Positions 26,996 through 35,759 of a DNA stretch of 64,000 nt are shown here, in pieces. The notes below the pieces were generated by a model. The model saw only the letters and a list, made by a program, of their open reading frames with translations, was not told where the DNA came from and ran no database searches. Location: NCBI GenBank assembly GCA_015060975.1, contig SUXI01000005.1, forward strand, positions 55,810 to 119,809. Reading direction: 5' to 3'. The DNA is from Bacteroidales bacterium. Its GTDB lineage: Bacteria > Bacteroidota > Bacteroidia > Bacteroidales > Muribaculaceae. Within the stretch, counting starts at the first letter, position 1; each line of letters opens with the position of its first letter. Position numbers and translations under genes: made by a program.

Positions 26996-29410
26996 TTAAT
27001 GTTTTACAACCACTTTCTTCAATTCTGAAGTTCCACCTACATAAATGCGAGCAAAGTAAACGCCATCGGCAATTTCACTTACATTTATCACATTTCCATT
27101 AGCTTTTGCTATAATAGTACCATTCATAGAGACAAGCTCAACACAATCTATGAGTCCATCAGCATTAGCGATAAGATACTCCGAAGCCGGATTAGGATAA
27201 ACAGTAACGCTGGTCATTGACTCTATATTTTCAATTCCCGCCGCACCATCTTTAATATAGTTAATATTATCTAACTTAAATTCGCCAATACGACTCATCA
27301 AACTTGGAGTTTGCACAACTTTCACACCGGCTAATTGATATTCTTTTTCACCTTCAAGCATAGTCAAAGGCACTTCAATATAACGCCATCCAAGAAAATC
27401 CATTTGCCCCAATGGTATATATTTAACATCCTCAGGGGCTATAACTTCAAGATATGCTTCATTTGCGGTAAGATCCCCAAATACATGTACACCTACAGCA
27501 TCATTACATGTTAATTTTGTTTCAGCAAGAGCTGAGCTTGACAACAACATTTCGCTACCCTCTGTTGCAGGGAATTCGTATGCAATATTCATACATGATA
27601 CACCAAACAATTTATTTGTTTTGTCTGCACTGATTGTCGCAGATGTCACATCTACCGAACCTTGCTCATTAAGAGTATAGATAGTAACATCTTCCATACC
27701 TTCAATTAGGCTATCTGTTTTTTCTACACCGGCATCAACCGCAGTAAATTTCACCACCACACTATCTTGCAAAGGAATACCATCTTTATCAGAGATTTCT
27801 TTTGAAAGTGTCATTTTATATTCACTGCCTACAGTCAAATCTTTAGTAAAAGGAATGCGGAAAAATCCATATTCACCACCATTTTTACTATAAGTCATTT
27901 TGCGTGTATTCAATTTCACTGCCACTCCCTCTGAATCAACAATTTCTATTTGCTTCAAAATAGGAGTCACATTTGGCAACTTATCAAAACGCACCTCTAT
28001 TGCCGGATTGTCGAAATGCACTTCTTCTCCATCTTTAGGGAATTGACCAAGAATAGACATATAATTGCGGTCGGCAGTAAAGAATGACATTTCAAACGGA
28101 GCTGTCATCGCCATGCCGCCGGCATGTTTTGCATCTGTAGATATGCCAACTGTATATATTGTACTTGTTTGATAAGTTTGTGATGGAGTGAACACCATGC
28201 GAAGATTATTTTTTTCCCAAGTGATTTCTCCGGGTATCTCGGGGGTAATTGAAAATGCCGCTTCAACACTTGCTGTATCCATATCCCAGTTAAAATCCAA
28301 AACTATAGGAATATTACAAAGCACCCCTGCTTCACCTTCTTTCCATTGCGGAGTATATGCTTCAACAACAGGTGGAGTATTGCGTATTTTATTCATTTTG
28401 AAGTTCATGAATGAAATCTCGTCAGCAACGACCTCAACCATAGCTGTTGATTCGTAATGGCGATTTCCATTCACCTTCAACATATATTTACCTGGTTCGA
28501 CCTTGCGGAATGCATATATTCCATTAAATACCATATCACTTATAGTTTCTTGCAATTTTGTCGTACCGGTTTCATCCCACAAAGAAACATACGCTGTATC
28601 AACAGTTTCCAATTGGTCATCTCCAATCATTTTAAAATCTCCTATACGAGGAAAGCGAGAATCATTCAATCGACCGGCAATTGCTCCGTATGGAACACCT
28701 GGAAGACCAAATTGATCATCAATAGCTTTACGGAAGTTCCAAGCCTCAATCCATTTATAATCAAGACTCATCAAACGATAAGTTTCCGGAATATAATCAT
28801 GGAAGGAACCTTCTGAAAGAGCCCCCGGAATAGTGAGTTTACGCAATACACCATATCCTTGGGTACCCCAAGTAGGCTGAAACGACCAGTCTCCACGCAC
28901 ATTAGGATTTGTTGAGGTCCATATAGTTGCGTCATTCTTCAATAAATTTACCGCTATATTATTTGACCACACCTTAGCATCGGGATAAACCGGAGCATTA
29001 TCATATCCCCTAAAGAATATTATCGGGAAGTTTACGCGATTTGATGTCCCTGTCGCATTTGAGTGTATCGAAAGGAACAAATCAGAACCGGCGGCATTAG
29101 CCAATTTCCCAATGGTTTCCAAGCCAAGGTCATCGGCACTTGTATTAGTCACACGCGACATTACAACTTTCACGCCGAGGTCTTGCAACATATCACGCAA
29201 GAAGAAACCTTTGTGCATATTAGAGTTTGACTCCCAAAAGCCCGAAGTATCACCCAACTCGTATGGATAAATCACCACATTACGGTCATTTGATTGGTCA
29301 TGACCACCATGACCGGGATTTATATATATAATGAGGTCACTATAATCTGTTGCAAAGGCTGAAACAGATGTCATTGCCGCAACTATTAAAGTTTTAAATA
29401 TCTTTTTCAT
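26996..29410 (-). CDS. T9SS-sorted N-acetylmuramoyl-L-alanine amidase, paralog of 23620..26124
   Basis: 804 aa; IYINPGHGGHDQSNDRN, FLSIHSNATG; same domain order as the 834-aa protein; tail VTVYPNPASEYLIANA...GVYFARIYVGGTSELKKVVV. Confidence 0.8.
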   Translation of the reverse strand: MKKIFKTLIVAAMTSVSAFATDYSDLIIYINPGHGGHDQSNDRNVVIYPYELGDTSGFWESNSNMHKGFFLRDMLQDLGVKVVMSRVTNTSADDLGLETIGKLANAAGSDLFLSIHSNATGTSNRVNFPIIFFRGYDNAPVYPDAKVWSNNIAVNLLKNDATIWTSTNPNVRGDWSFQPTWGTQGYGVLRKLTIPGALSEGSFHDYIPETYRLMSLDYKWIEAWNFRKAIDDQFGLPGVPYGAIAGRLNDSRFPRIGDFKMIGDDQLETVDTAYVSLWDETGTTKLQETISDMVFNGIYAFRKVEPGKYMLKVNGNRHYESTAMVEVVADEISFMNFKMNKIRNTPPVVEAYTPQWKEGEAGVLCNIPIVLDFNWDMDTASVEAAFSITPEIPGEITWEKNNLRMVFTPSQTYQTSTIYTVGISTDAKHAGGMAMTAPFEMSFFTADRNYMSILGQFPKDGEEVHFDNPAIEVRFDKLPNVTPILKQIEIVDSEGVAVKLNTRKMTYSKNGGEYGFFRIPFTKDLTVGSEYKMTLSKEISDKDGIPLQDSVVVKFTAVDAGVEKTDSLIEGMEDVTIYTLNEQGSVDVTSATISADKTNKLFGVSCMNIAYEFPATEGSEMLLSSSALAETKLTCNDAVGVHVFGDLTANEAYLEVIAPEDVKYIPLGQMDFLGWRYIEVPLTMLEGEKEYQLAGVKVVQTPSLMSRIGEFKLDNINYIKDGAAGIENIESMTSVTVYPNPASEYLIANADGLIDCVELVSMNGTIIAKANGNVINVSEIADGVYFARIYVGGTSELKKVVVKH

Positions 29411-29427
29411 ATCTTGTGTCCTCCTTA

Positions 29428-30321
29428 TTATTTAAGTTTGATATTCATTTGATATAGACGTCCATCTATTGTAGCATAAACGATTTTACCCGCTCCAAAC
29501 GATGCTGTTGGATTCATTGTCATAGATTCGGGTTTTGTCAACGCTTGCAATTGAGAACCATCGGCATTTAAAAGCACAATTTGCGATGAACGATAATTAT
29601 GCCCGTCATTTGTCGCATTCATTGCCACTATATGATTATTTCCAAACCACACCGGAGCTTCATAATTTCCGGGAGTTGAAATAACGTTTCCATTGAGGTC
29701 GGTAATTACAATTCCGAAACCTGCGGCGAAAAACATCACCTTTGTTCCATCGGGAGATAGTGAAGACCATATATAACCGGCACTATTTTCAATTGGAGTA
29801 TATGATTTTTCCACACCGTTTTTAGCGATAATCAAAGATGTTCCTTCCGTTCTCACACGAGTAGCCTTATTATCGGTCACGAGCAGTTTCCCATCAACGA
29901 TAGTAGCAAATCCTTTAGCTGTAGCTACCGGACTGCTCACTATTCTACCTTGCTTGGATACATCCATTGTTTTGCGTGATGCTATGTCATATTTCTTAAC
30001 TTGACGCATATTACGATTATTTTGCAATGTTTGAGTCACAAAATAAATTTCCTTGCCATCGGGAGAAAATGACGCATCAAGACCGGCTCTTTTTTCAGAG
30101 CTCACTTTCACTACAACATTGTCATTAAAATCATACAACCGTAAACCGGTATAATCACATTCTGTGAATAACAATTGCGAGCCATCGGCACTAAGCACCG
30201 GATTGTGCATTTCACTCTCTACACCTTTTAGCAGAGGTACCACCGACTCCACATCTGCGATTTGCGCATTCATCGTTGCGATGCCTGCAAATGCAATAAC
30301 AGAGAGAAAAAGTTTTTTCAT
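29428..30321 (-). CDS. TolB-like beta-propeller protein, paralog of 26127..26981
   Basis: 297 aa; signal peptide; NPVLSADGSQLLFTE, LDASFSPDGKEIYF, IWSSLSPDGTKVMF. Confidence 0.7.
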   Translation of the reverse strand: MKKLFLSVIAFAGIATMNAQIADVESVVPLLKGVESEMHNPVLSADGSQLLFTECDYTGLRLYDFNDNVVVKVSSEKRAGLDASFSPDGKEIYFVTQTLQNNRNMRQVKKYDIASRKTMDVSKQGRIVSSPVATAKGFATIVDGKLLVTDNKATRVRTEGTSLIIAKNGVEKSYTPIENSAGYIWSSLSPDGTKVMFFAAGFGIVITDLNGNVISTPGNYEAPVWFGNNHIVAMNATNDGHNYRSSQIVLLNADGSQLQALTKPESMTMNPTASFGAGKIVYATIDGRLYQMNIKLK

Positions 30322-30387
30322 ATCAAACTGGTATTATTAAGTTATTTTATGTTAGTATATAATTAATCCAATTAAAACATTATCGTA

Positions 30388-30395
30388 CAAAGATA
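30388..30395 (-). promoter_or_regulatory. Candidate -7 box TATCTTTG for the propeller/amidase unit
   Basis: caaagata on plus strand, 67 nt upstream of ATG 30321, just downstream (minus sense) of terminator 30453..30481. Confidence 0.45.
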
Positions 30396-30452
30396 GTAAT
30401 AATATTTAATATGATAGTTTCTAAATATAGAAATTTTGAATATAAAAAAATA

Positions 30453-30481
30453 CCGGGTGACACTATTTTGTCATCACCCGG
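30453..30481 (-). terminator. Rho-independent terminator after 30508..33042
   Basis: ccgggtga-13 nt-tcacccgg; on the minus strand followed by TATTTTTTTATA. Confidence 0.65.
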
Positions 30482-30507
30482 ACTAAAATATTAAAATTAT
30501 ATATTAC

Positions 30508-33042
30508 TTATTTCACGATTAATTTTGATGTTGCTGCGCCCGCATCAGTTTCCACATTTACCATATAAATACCAGCCGGCAAAGCTGTAACATCGACAGT
30601 CACACTATTGTCATTACATTCTTTTGACACAACAATGGCACCCGACACCGAATAAACATCAACTTTATTGATTAACTGAGACGATGTAACGGTGAATGAG
30701 CCGCCGGCAACAGGATTAGGATAAATCTTCACTCCACTACCCTCGCCTATTGCAATATTTTCAACCGAAGCATAATTACTATATTCGGCACTAAATTCAC
30801 TCACTTTGATTGATTGTTCTCCTTTGTTTGCCGCATTCGCGTCTATTACAAAACGAATATATTGCAAAGTAATGGGGTAAAGAATTAAATCGTTAGGATT
30901 GCCAAGTGCCGAAATAGGGAGTTCAACACGGTGAGTTGTGCCGGCTGCAAATACATCGCCTGTTGTTGGCAACACTTCTACCGTATTCACCTTTACATGC
31001 TTAGGCGTACGCAAATCAACCAACAAACTCTTTATATTTATTGATGGAGTAAATTCCACCCACAACTTTTCGGGAAGCGAATAGTATTGAACTTCTTTCG
31101 CCATTTGAATATAAGGAGAACGAGGAGAACCGTATGTAAATGAAATCGTTCCATCTTCGGCAAGTGCGCCCTTGGTGATGCCCGAAGAGCCTTTGATTGT
31201 CCATCCTGTCATATCACTTGCCGATATAATTGGAGCTTTGGCTATCTCGACTGTCACTGTTGTCGTATCGACAAAATCACCTACAAGTCCCGAAATTTTT
31301 GTTTTACCCTCTTTATAACCACGCAACACTCCGTTTTCATCAATATCAGCCACTGCCGGGTCTTCAACGGTCCATATAATTGATGCGGGATTATAATTAT
31401 ATACAATCTCACCTATTTGAGCGGGAACCTCCATTGTATATTCGCGAGTCGCATCAATGAGTATCGGTTTCACTCGCATAGAGATTTCGGCATCCACTAC
31501 ATCTATTTTTTTCGTAACACTAACTCCATTATATGTAGCTGTCAATTCGCTTTCACAAGCTTTTCCACCTGCTATAAATCGCATTCCATCGCATTTGCCA
31601 AGCGAATCGGGACATGATAACGTAAAACCTTGTAAATTTTTATCTATCAAATCACCATATTTATTATACGCAAGAACCACCGGTTGGAAATCGGCATATA
31701 TAGGAGCTTTCAACTCATATTCTTCAAATTCAAGACGAGTAATCTCATTATCTTGAGGTGCAATTGAGTAAAAAAACCAACCATTAGCAACCGCACGAGG
31801 GGTACCCTCAGTAGTTTTATTAATTACCTGTCCCTCTACCATCATTTGAGCCGAACCACCTGCATCCATATTCATAATATTGGTACACCCAAAATATTTC
31901 ATAATATCGCACATTACGAGTGTATTACACCCTGCCGACTTTCCATAAACCGGGTCGCCTGACATATCAATAACCACATTTACAAGTGTTTTGCGATCTG
32001 CAGTTGTTCCGTATGCAGTGCGCGAATATGTTTTTGAATTATAATCATCAATTGAGTTAAGGCTTGTCAAAACACCATCGACCATAACAACGCCATTGCC
32101 ACCTATAAGTTGCTCAATTTCGGGGACTGATCCATCAGGCAATTCCCAATACAAGTCTATTGTAACGACATCGCCAGCTGTCAATTTAGCCAAAGCATCT
32201 TTATTCACTCCACGTCCCATAAGACACAAATCATAATCGCCAAGCGTTCCGGCTCCGGCATCGATTTTCACCTCTTGAACCGTACATTGCATAGGGCGAC
32301 CAACCATCCAAGTATTACCATCGTTTATTTTAAGATAAACTTCGGTTGACACATTTTCAACACGCTGCATTCGTTGTTGTCCATTAGACGAGGTATATTG
32401 ATCAGCAGGAATAAAACTTTTATCACGCCCAAAGAAATGGTTATATAACCCCACCTCATTATCTCGCACAAGTTTATTGGTTTGTTGAATAACCAATGAA
32501 CCGATTTTTTCATTAGTAACCGAACCTTTATAATACATGAAATCAATCACCATTTCTTTTGTCGGAGTTATTGCAACACAACCCGGAGAACCGTTGTTAT
32601 GCCCCCACCAGTCGGCATGAGCATTTGTTTCGGTTATAATTTCTCCATTACGCACATTCCCATTAAATGTCGCTCCGACAAGGAATTCAGCCCATGGGTA
32701 TTGTGACGACACGCACCAAAAGTTACCATTGGCACCTGCCAACGGGCGCTTTTCATCACTCATATAACGGTTATATGCATTCGCCAATTTTTCCGTTTTG
32801 CCCAACTGTTCACCACCTTGAAACGTTTCCACTCTGTTATATGGATTAGTCAAATCCATCGTAATCATATTCACATTGAGAGGAAAATCGGGAATGCGCA
32901 ATCTTTTATAATTAACGCCCGGTCCCAAATCCCGATCAATCAACACATCAGTGCGATAATTTGTCCCTTGAATAGGAATTGAGCCAGCTGTCGCCGAAGA
33001 TGTGACAAGCATTGCCGCCACATAAATAAAAAACTTTCTCAT
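30508..33042 (-). CDS. T9SS-sorted phosphodiester glycosidase family protein (NAGPA/DUF2233-like) with Big_2-like domain
   Basis: 844 aa; signal peptide; GANGNFW and NMDAGGSAQMM core motifs; Ig-like TVEDPAVADIDENGVLRGYKEGKTKISG; tail VKIYPNPVAGGSFTV...GIYMVNVETDAGAATSKLIVK. Confidence 0.7.
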   Translation of the reverse strand: MRKFFIYVAAMLVTSSATAGSIPIQGTNYRTDVLIDRDLGPGVNYKRLRIPDFPLNVNMITMDLTNPYNRVETFQGGEQLGKTEKLANAYNRYMSDEKRPLAGANGNFWCVSSQYPWAEFLVGATFNGNVRNGEIITETNAHADWWGHNNGSPGCVAITPTKEMVIDFMYYKGSVTNEKIGSLVIQQTNKLVRDNEVGLYNHFFGRDKSFIPADQYTSSNGQQRMQRVENVSTEVYLKINDGNTWMVGRPMQCTVQEVKIDAGAGTLGDYDLCLMGRGVNKDALAKLTAGDVVTIDLYWELPDGSVPEIEQLIGGNGVVMVDGVLTSLNSIDDYNSKTYSRTAYGTTADRKTLVNVVIDMSGDPVYGKSAGCNTLVMCDIMKYFGCTNIMNMDAGGSAQMMVEGQVINKTTEGTPRAVANGWFFYSIAPQDNEITRLEFEEYELKAPIYADFQPVVLAYNKYGDLIDKNLQGFTLSCPDSLGKCDGMRFIAGGKACESELTATYNGVSVTKKIDVVDAEISMRVKPILIDATREYTMEVPAQIGEIVYNYNPASIIWTVEDPAVADIDENGVLRGYKEGKTKISGLVGDFVDTTTVTVEIAKAPIISASDMTGWTIKGSSGITKGALAEDGTISFTYGSPRSPYIQMAKEVQYYSLPEKLWVEFTPSINIKSLLVDLRTPKHVKVNTVEVLPTTGDVFAAGTTHRVELPISALGNPNDLILYPITLQYIRFVIDANAANKGEQSIKVSEFSAEYSNYASVENIAIGEGSGVKIYPNPVAGGSFTVTSSQLINKVDVYSVSGAIVVSKECNDNSVTVDVTALPAGIYMVNVETDAGAATSKLIVK

Positions 33043-33056
33043 GATATTATTATATA

Positions 33057-35597
33057 TTATTTTACAATTAATTTCATTGTTTTAATTCCGCAATCAGTTT
33101 CTACCGTTGCAATATATACCCCCGAATTTAATGCAGAGGCATCAACCCACATTTGTTTTCCGCATCCGGCTTGCGACAAAACCTGCATACCACTAATAGT
33201 GAAAACCGAGAAGCGGGTTATATTCATTAATGATGACACATTAAATTGCCCGTTGGCAATCGTATTTTGATTTATACTAACATCGGCATCTCCATTCACT
33301 ACGATCCTTTCTATTGAAGAATAATCATTATATTCAGCCGAAATTTCACTCACCTTTATTGTTTGTTCTCCTTTATAAGCGGCATTAGCTTCAATCATAA
33401 AACGGATATAGTGCAATGAAATGGGATAGAGTATCAAATCTTCAGGTTCACCAAGCGCTGAAATAGGCAATTCTATGCGAGATGTCACACCCGCAGCAAA
33501 CACATCTCCCTCGGCAGGTTCCACTTCTACCGTATTAATTTTGGTGTGTTGCGCACTTCGCATATCAAAAATAACGCTCTTCACATTAAAAGACGGAGTA
33601 AATTCAAGCCACAATTTATCGGGAAGCGAATAATATTGAATATCCTTAGCCATTTGTATATATGGCGCGCGAGGAGACCCGTATGTAAATGACAACATTC
33701 CATCTTCAGCCAACGCTCCCTTGGTAATTCCCGAAGATCCTTTTATTGTCCATCCTGTCATATCGCTTGCAGCCATAAATGCGGCGTTTGCTATTTCAAC
33801 TGTCACTGTTGTCGTATCAACAAAATCGCCAATTTTACCTATCACCATTGAGCTGCCCTCTTTCATACCACGAAGCACCCCATGTTCATCTATCGACACG
33901 ACATCGGTGTTTTCTATTGTCCATTCGATAGATGCCGGATTATAAACATAAACCTCGTCACCTATTGTGGCTGTCACCTCCATCGCATACTCGCGAAAGG
34001 CATCAATAAGAATTGGCTTAATGCGAATAGCAAGTTCCGATGCCACCACATTCATTGCTTTTGACACACTCACACCATTAAACGATGCTGTCAACAACCC
34101 TTCACCGGCAATGCCTCCGGCTGTAAACTCAGTACCATCACATGCCCCTAACGATGCGTCACAACTCAATGTATAACCTTTAAAATCATTATCCACCACA
34201 TCACCATATTGATTATAAGCAACGATTGTGGGTGAATAAGATGCGTAGGTAGGAGCTTGAAGATACAAGTCTTTAAATTCCAATCTTGTAATCGTTTCAT
34301 CTTTTGGGGCTATCGAATAAAGGAACCACCCATTAGCCACCGAGCGGGGAGTTGCTTCGGTTGTTTTGTTTATTACCTCTCCGCCAATCATCATTTGAGC
34401 CGAGCCGCCGGCATCAACATTACAAAGGTTGGCGCAACCATAATGGCGTGCTATTTGACACATCACTCGAGTATTACAGCCTGCCGATGTTCCATATTTC
34501 GGGTCACCCGATTTATCAATAACAATTATATACAACGTTTTACCATCGGCGCTTGAGCCGTAGGCACAACGTGAATACACTTGCGAATTATATGTTTCAT
34601 CGTCGTTTCGTCCGGTCATTTCGCCATTTGTCATCACAATAGCATTACCACCTATAAGCTGCTCAATTACAGGAGTTTTTCCATCTACCGTACTCCACCC
34701 GTAATTGATTGTCACTTGATCTCCTATAGCGAGATTTGCCAATGCGTCTTTATTTGCACCACGACCCACCACGCAAAGGTCGTAATCGCCAAGCGTGCCG
34801 GTTCCGGCATCGGTTTTCACATCACCTACAGTGCAAGTCATTGGCTCCCCCGCCATCCACTTTTGCCCTTCGTTAATAGTGAGATAAACCTCGGTCGCCA
34901 CCCCCTCAACAAGTTGGAAATGACGTGTCCCGTTAGCGTCTTTATAACCATCGGCACACATAAACGTCTTTGAACGACCGTAATAGCTATTATATAACCC
35001 TATCTCATTGTCACGAACAATTTTATTAACTTGAATAATCTCCGGTTGACCTATTTTCTCATTTATAACATAACCCTTATAATTCATTGATTCGATATAA
35101 AGGTTCTTCGACACATCAACGGCAATAACCCCGGTACGAGCCGGACCGCCATCCCATTGGTCGGAATATGCGTTTGTTTCGGTGATGATTTGCCCGTTGC
35201 GAAGATTTCCATTATAAGTAGCGCCAATCAACAAATCACTGTGAGGTTGTTGCGACGACACGCACCAAAAATTACCATTCGCACCGGCGATAGGACGTTT
35301 TTCATCGCTCATATATCGGTTATATGCCGATGCCAGTTTTTCGGTTTTATATAATGTTTCAGAAGCTTGAAATGTTTCTATACGGTTATACGGATTATTC
35401 ATATCCATCTGCAAGATATTCACATTTAACGGATAATCGGGAATACGCAATCGATAATGATGAATACCCGGACCTAAATCCAGACTTTCTATTACATCAA
35501 CATGATAATTATTATCATTTATCAAAATCGTGTCAACTTGTGCCAATGCATTGAATCCCATTGCAAGAAGCATCATTGAAAGTAGTCTTTTTCTCAT
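33057..35597 (-). CDS. T9SS-sorted phosphodiester glycosidase family protein, paralog of 30508..33042
   Basis: 846 aa; colinear with the 844-aa protein (GANGNFW, NVDAGGSAQMM, SDMTGWTIKGSSGITKGALAEDG block shared); C-terminal tail ...GVYIATVETDCGIKTMKLIVK. Confidence 0.7.
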   Translation of the reverse strand: MRKRLLSMMLLAMGFNALAQVDTILINDNNYHVDVIESLDLGPGIHHYRLRIPDYPLNVNILQMDMNNPYNRIETFQASETLYKTEKLASAYNRYMSDEKRPIAGANGNFWCVSSQQPHSDLLIGATYNGNLRNGQIITETNAYSDQWDGGPARTGVIAVDVSKNLYIESMNYKGYVINEKIGQPEIIQVNKIVRDNEIGLYNSYYGRSKTFMCADGYKDANGTRHFQLVEGVATEVYLTINEGQKWMAGEPMTCTVGDVKTDAGTGTLGDYDLCVVGRGANKDALANLAIGDQVTINYGWSTVDGKTPVIEQLIGGNAIVMTNGEMTGRNDDETYNSQVYSRCAYGSSADGKTLYIIVIDKSGDPKYGTSAGCNTRVMCQIARHYGCANLCNVDAGGSAQMMIGGEVINKTTEATPRSVANGWFLYSIAPKDETITRLEFKDLYLQAPTYASYSPTIVAYNQYGDVVDNDFKGYTLSCDASLGACDGTEFTAGGIAGEGLLTASFNGVSVSKAMNVVASELAIRIKPILIDAFREYAMEVTATIGDEVYVYNPASIEWTIENTDVVSIDEHGVLRGMKEGSSMVIGKIGDFVDTTTVTVEIANAAFMAASDMTGWTIKGSSGITKGALAEDGMLSFTYGSPRAPYIQMAKDIQYYSLPDKLWLEFTPSFNVKSVIFDMRSAQHTKINTVEVEPAEGDVFAAGVTSRIELPISALGEPEDLILYPISLHYIRFMIEANAAYKGEQTIKVSEISAEYNDYSSIERIVVNGDADVSINQNTIANGQFNVSSLMNITRFSVFTISGMQVLSQAGCGKQMWVDASALNSGVYIATVETDCGIKTMKLIVK

Positions 35598-35622
35598 AAT
35601 GGTAATTTTTTAGGTTATTTTA

Positions 35623-35630
35623 CAAAGGTA
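35623..35630 (-). promoter_or_regulatory. Candidate fixed -7 box TACCTTTG proximal to 35597
   Basis: caaaggta on plus strand, 25 nt upstream of ATG 35597. Confidence 0.35.
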
Positions 35631-35685
35631 ACAAAATAATCGAAATGAAATATTGATTATTGCGTTTTTTCAACTTTTGCTATCA

Positions 35686-35713
35686 ATTAAAGGAGTTCAG
35701 ATTAAAGGAGTTC
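35686..35713 (+). repeat. Two tandem copies of attaaaggagttc (15-bp period)
   Basis: 35686-35698 and 35701-35713 are identical, separated by ag; located in the divergent intergenic region. Confidence 0.85.
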
Positions 35714-35759
35714 TTATTGTCACTGCTTAATTCAATACTTAAAAAATCTGAATAAATCA

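Noticed and set aside
30508-35597. Recent gene conversion between the two phosphodiester glycosidase paralogs (suggested by the identical protein block SDMTGWTIKGSSGITKGALAEDG)
   Set aside because: The underlying DNA (about 31140-31210 versus 33690-33780) differs at many third-codon positions. The block is conserved by selection, not by recent DNA exchange.
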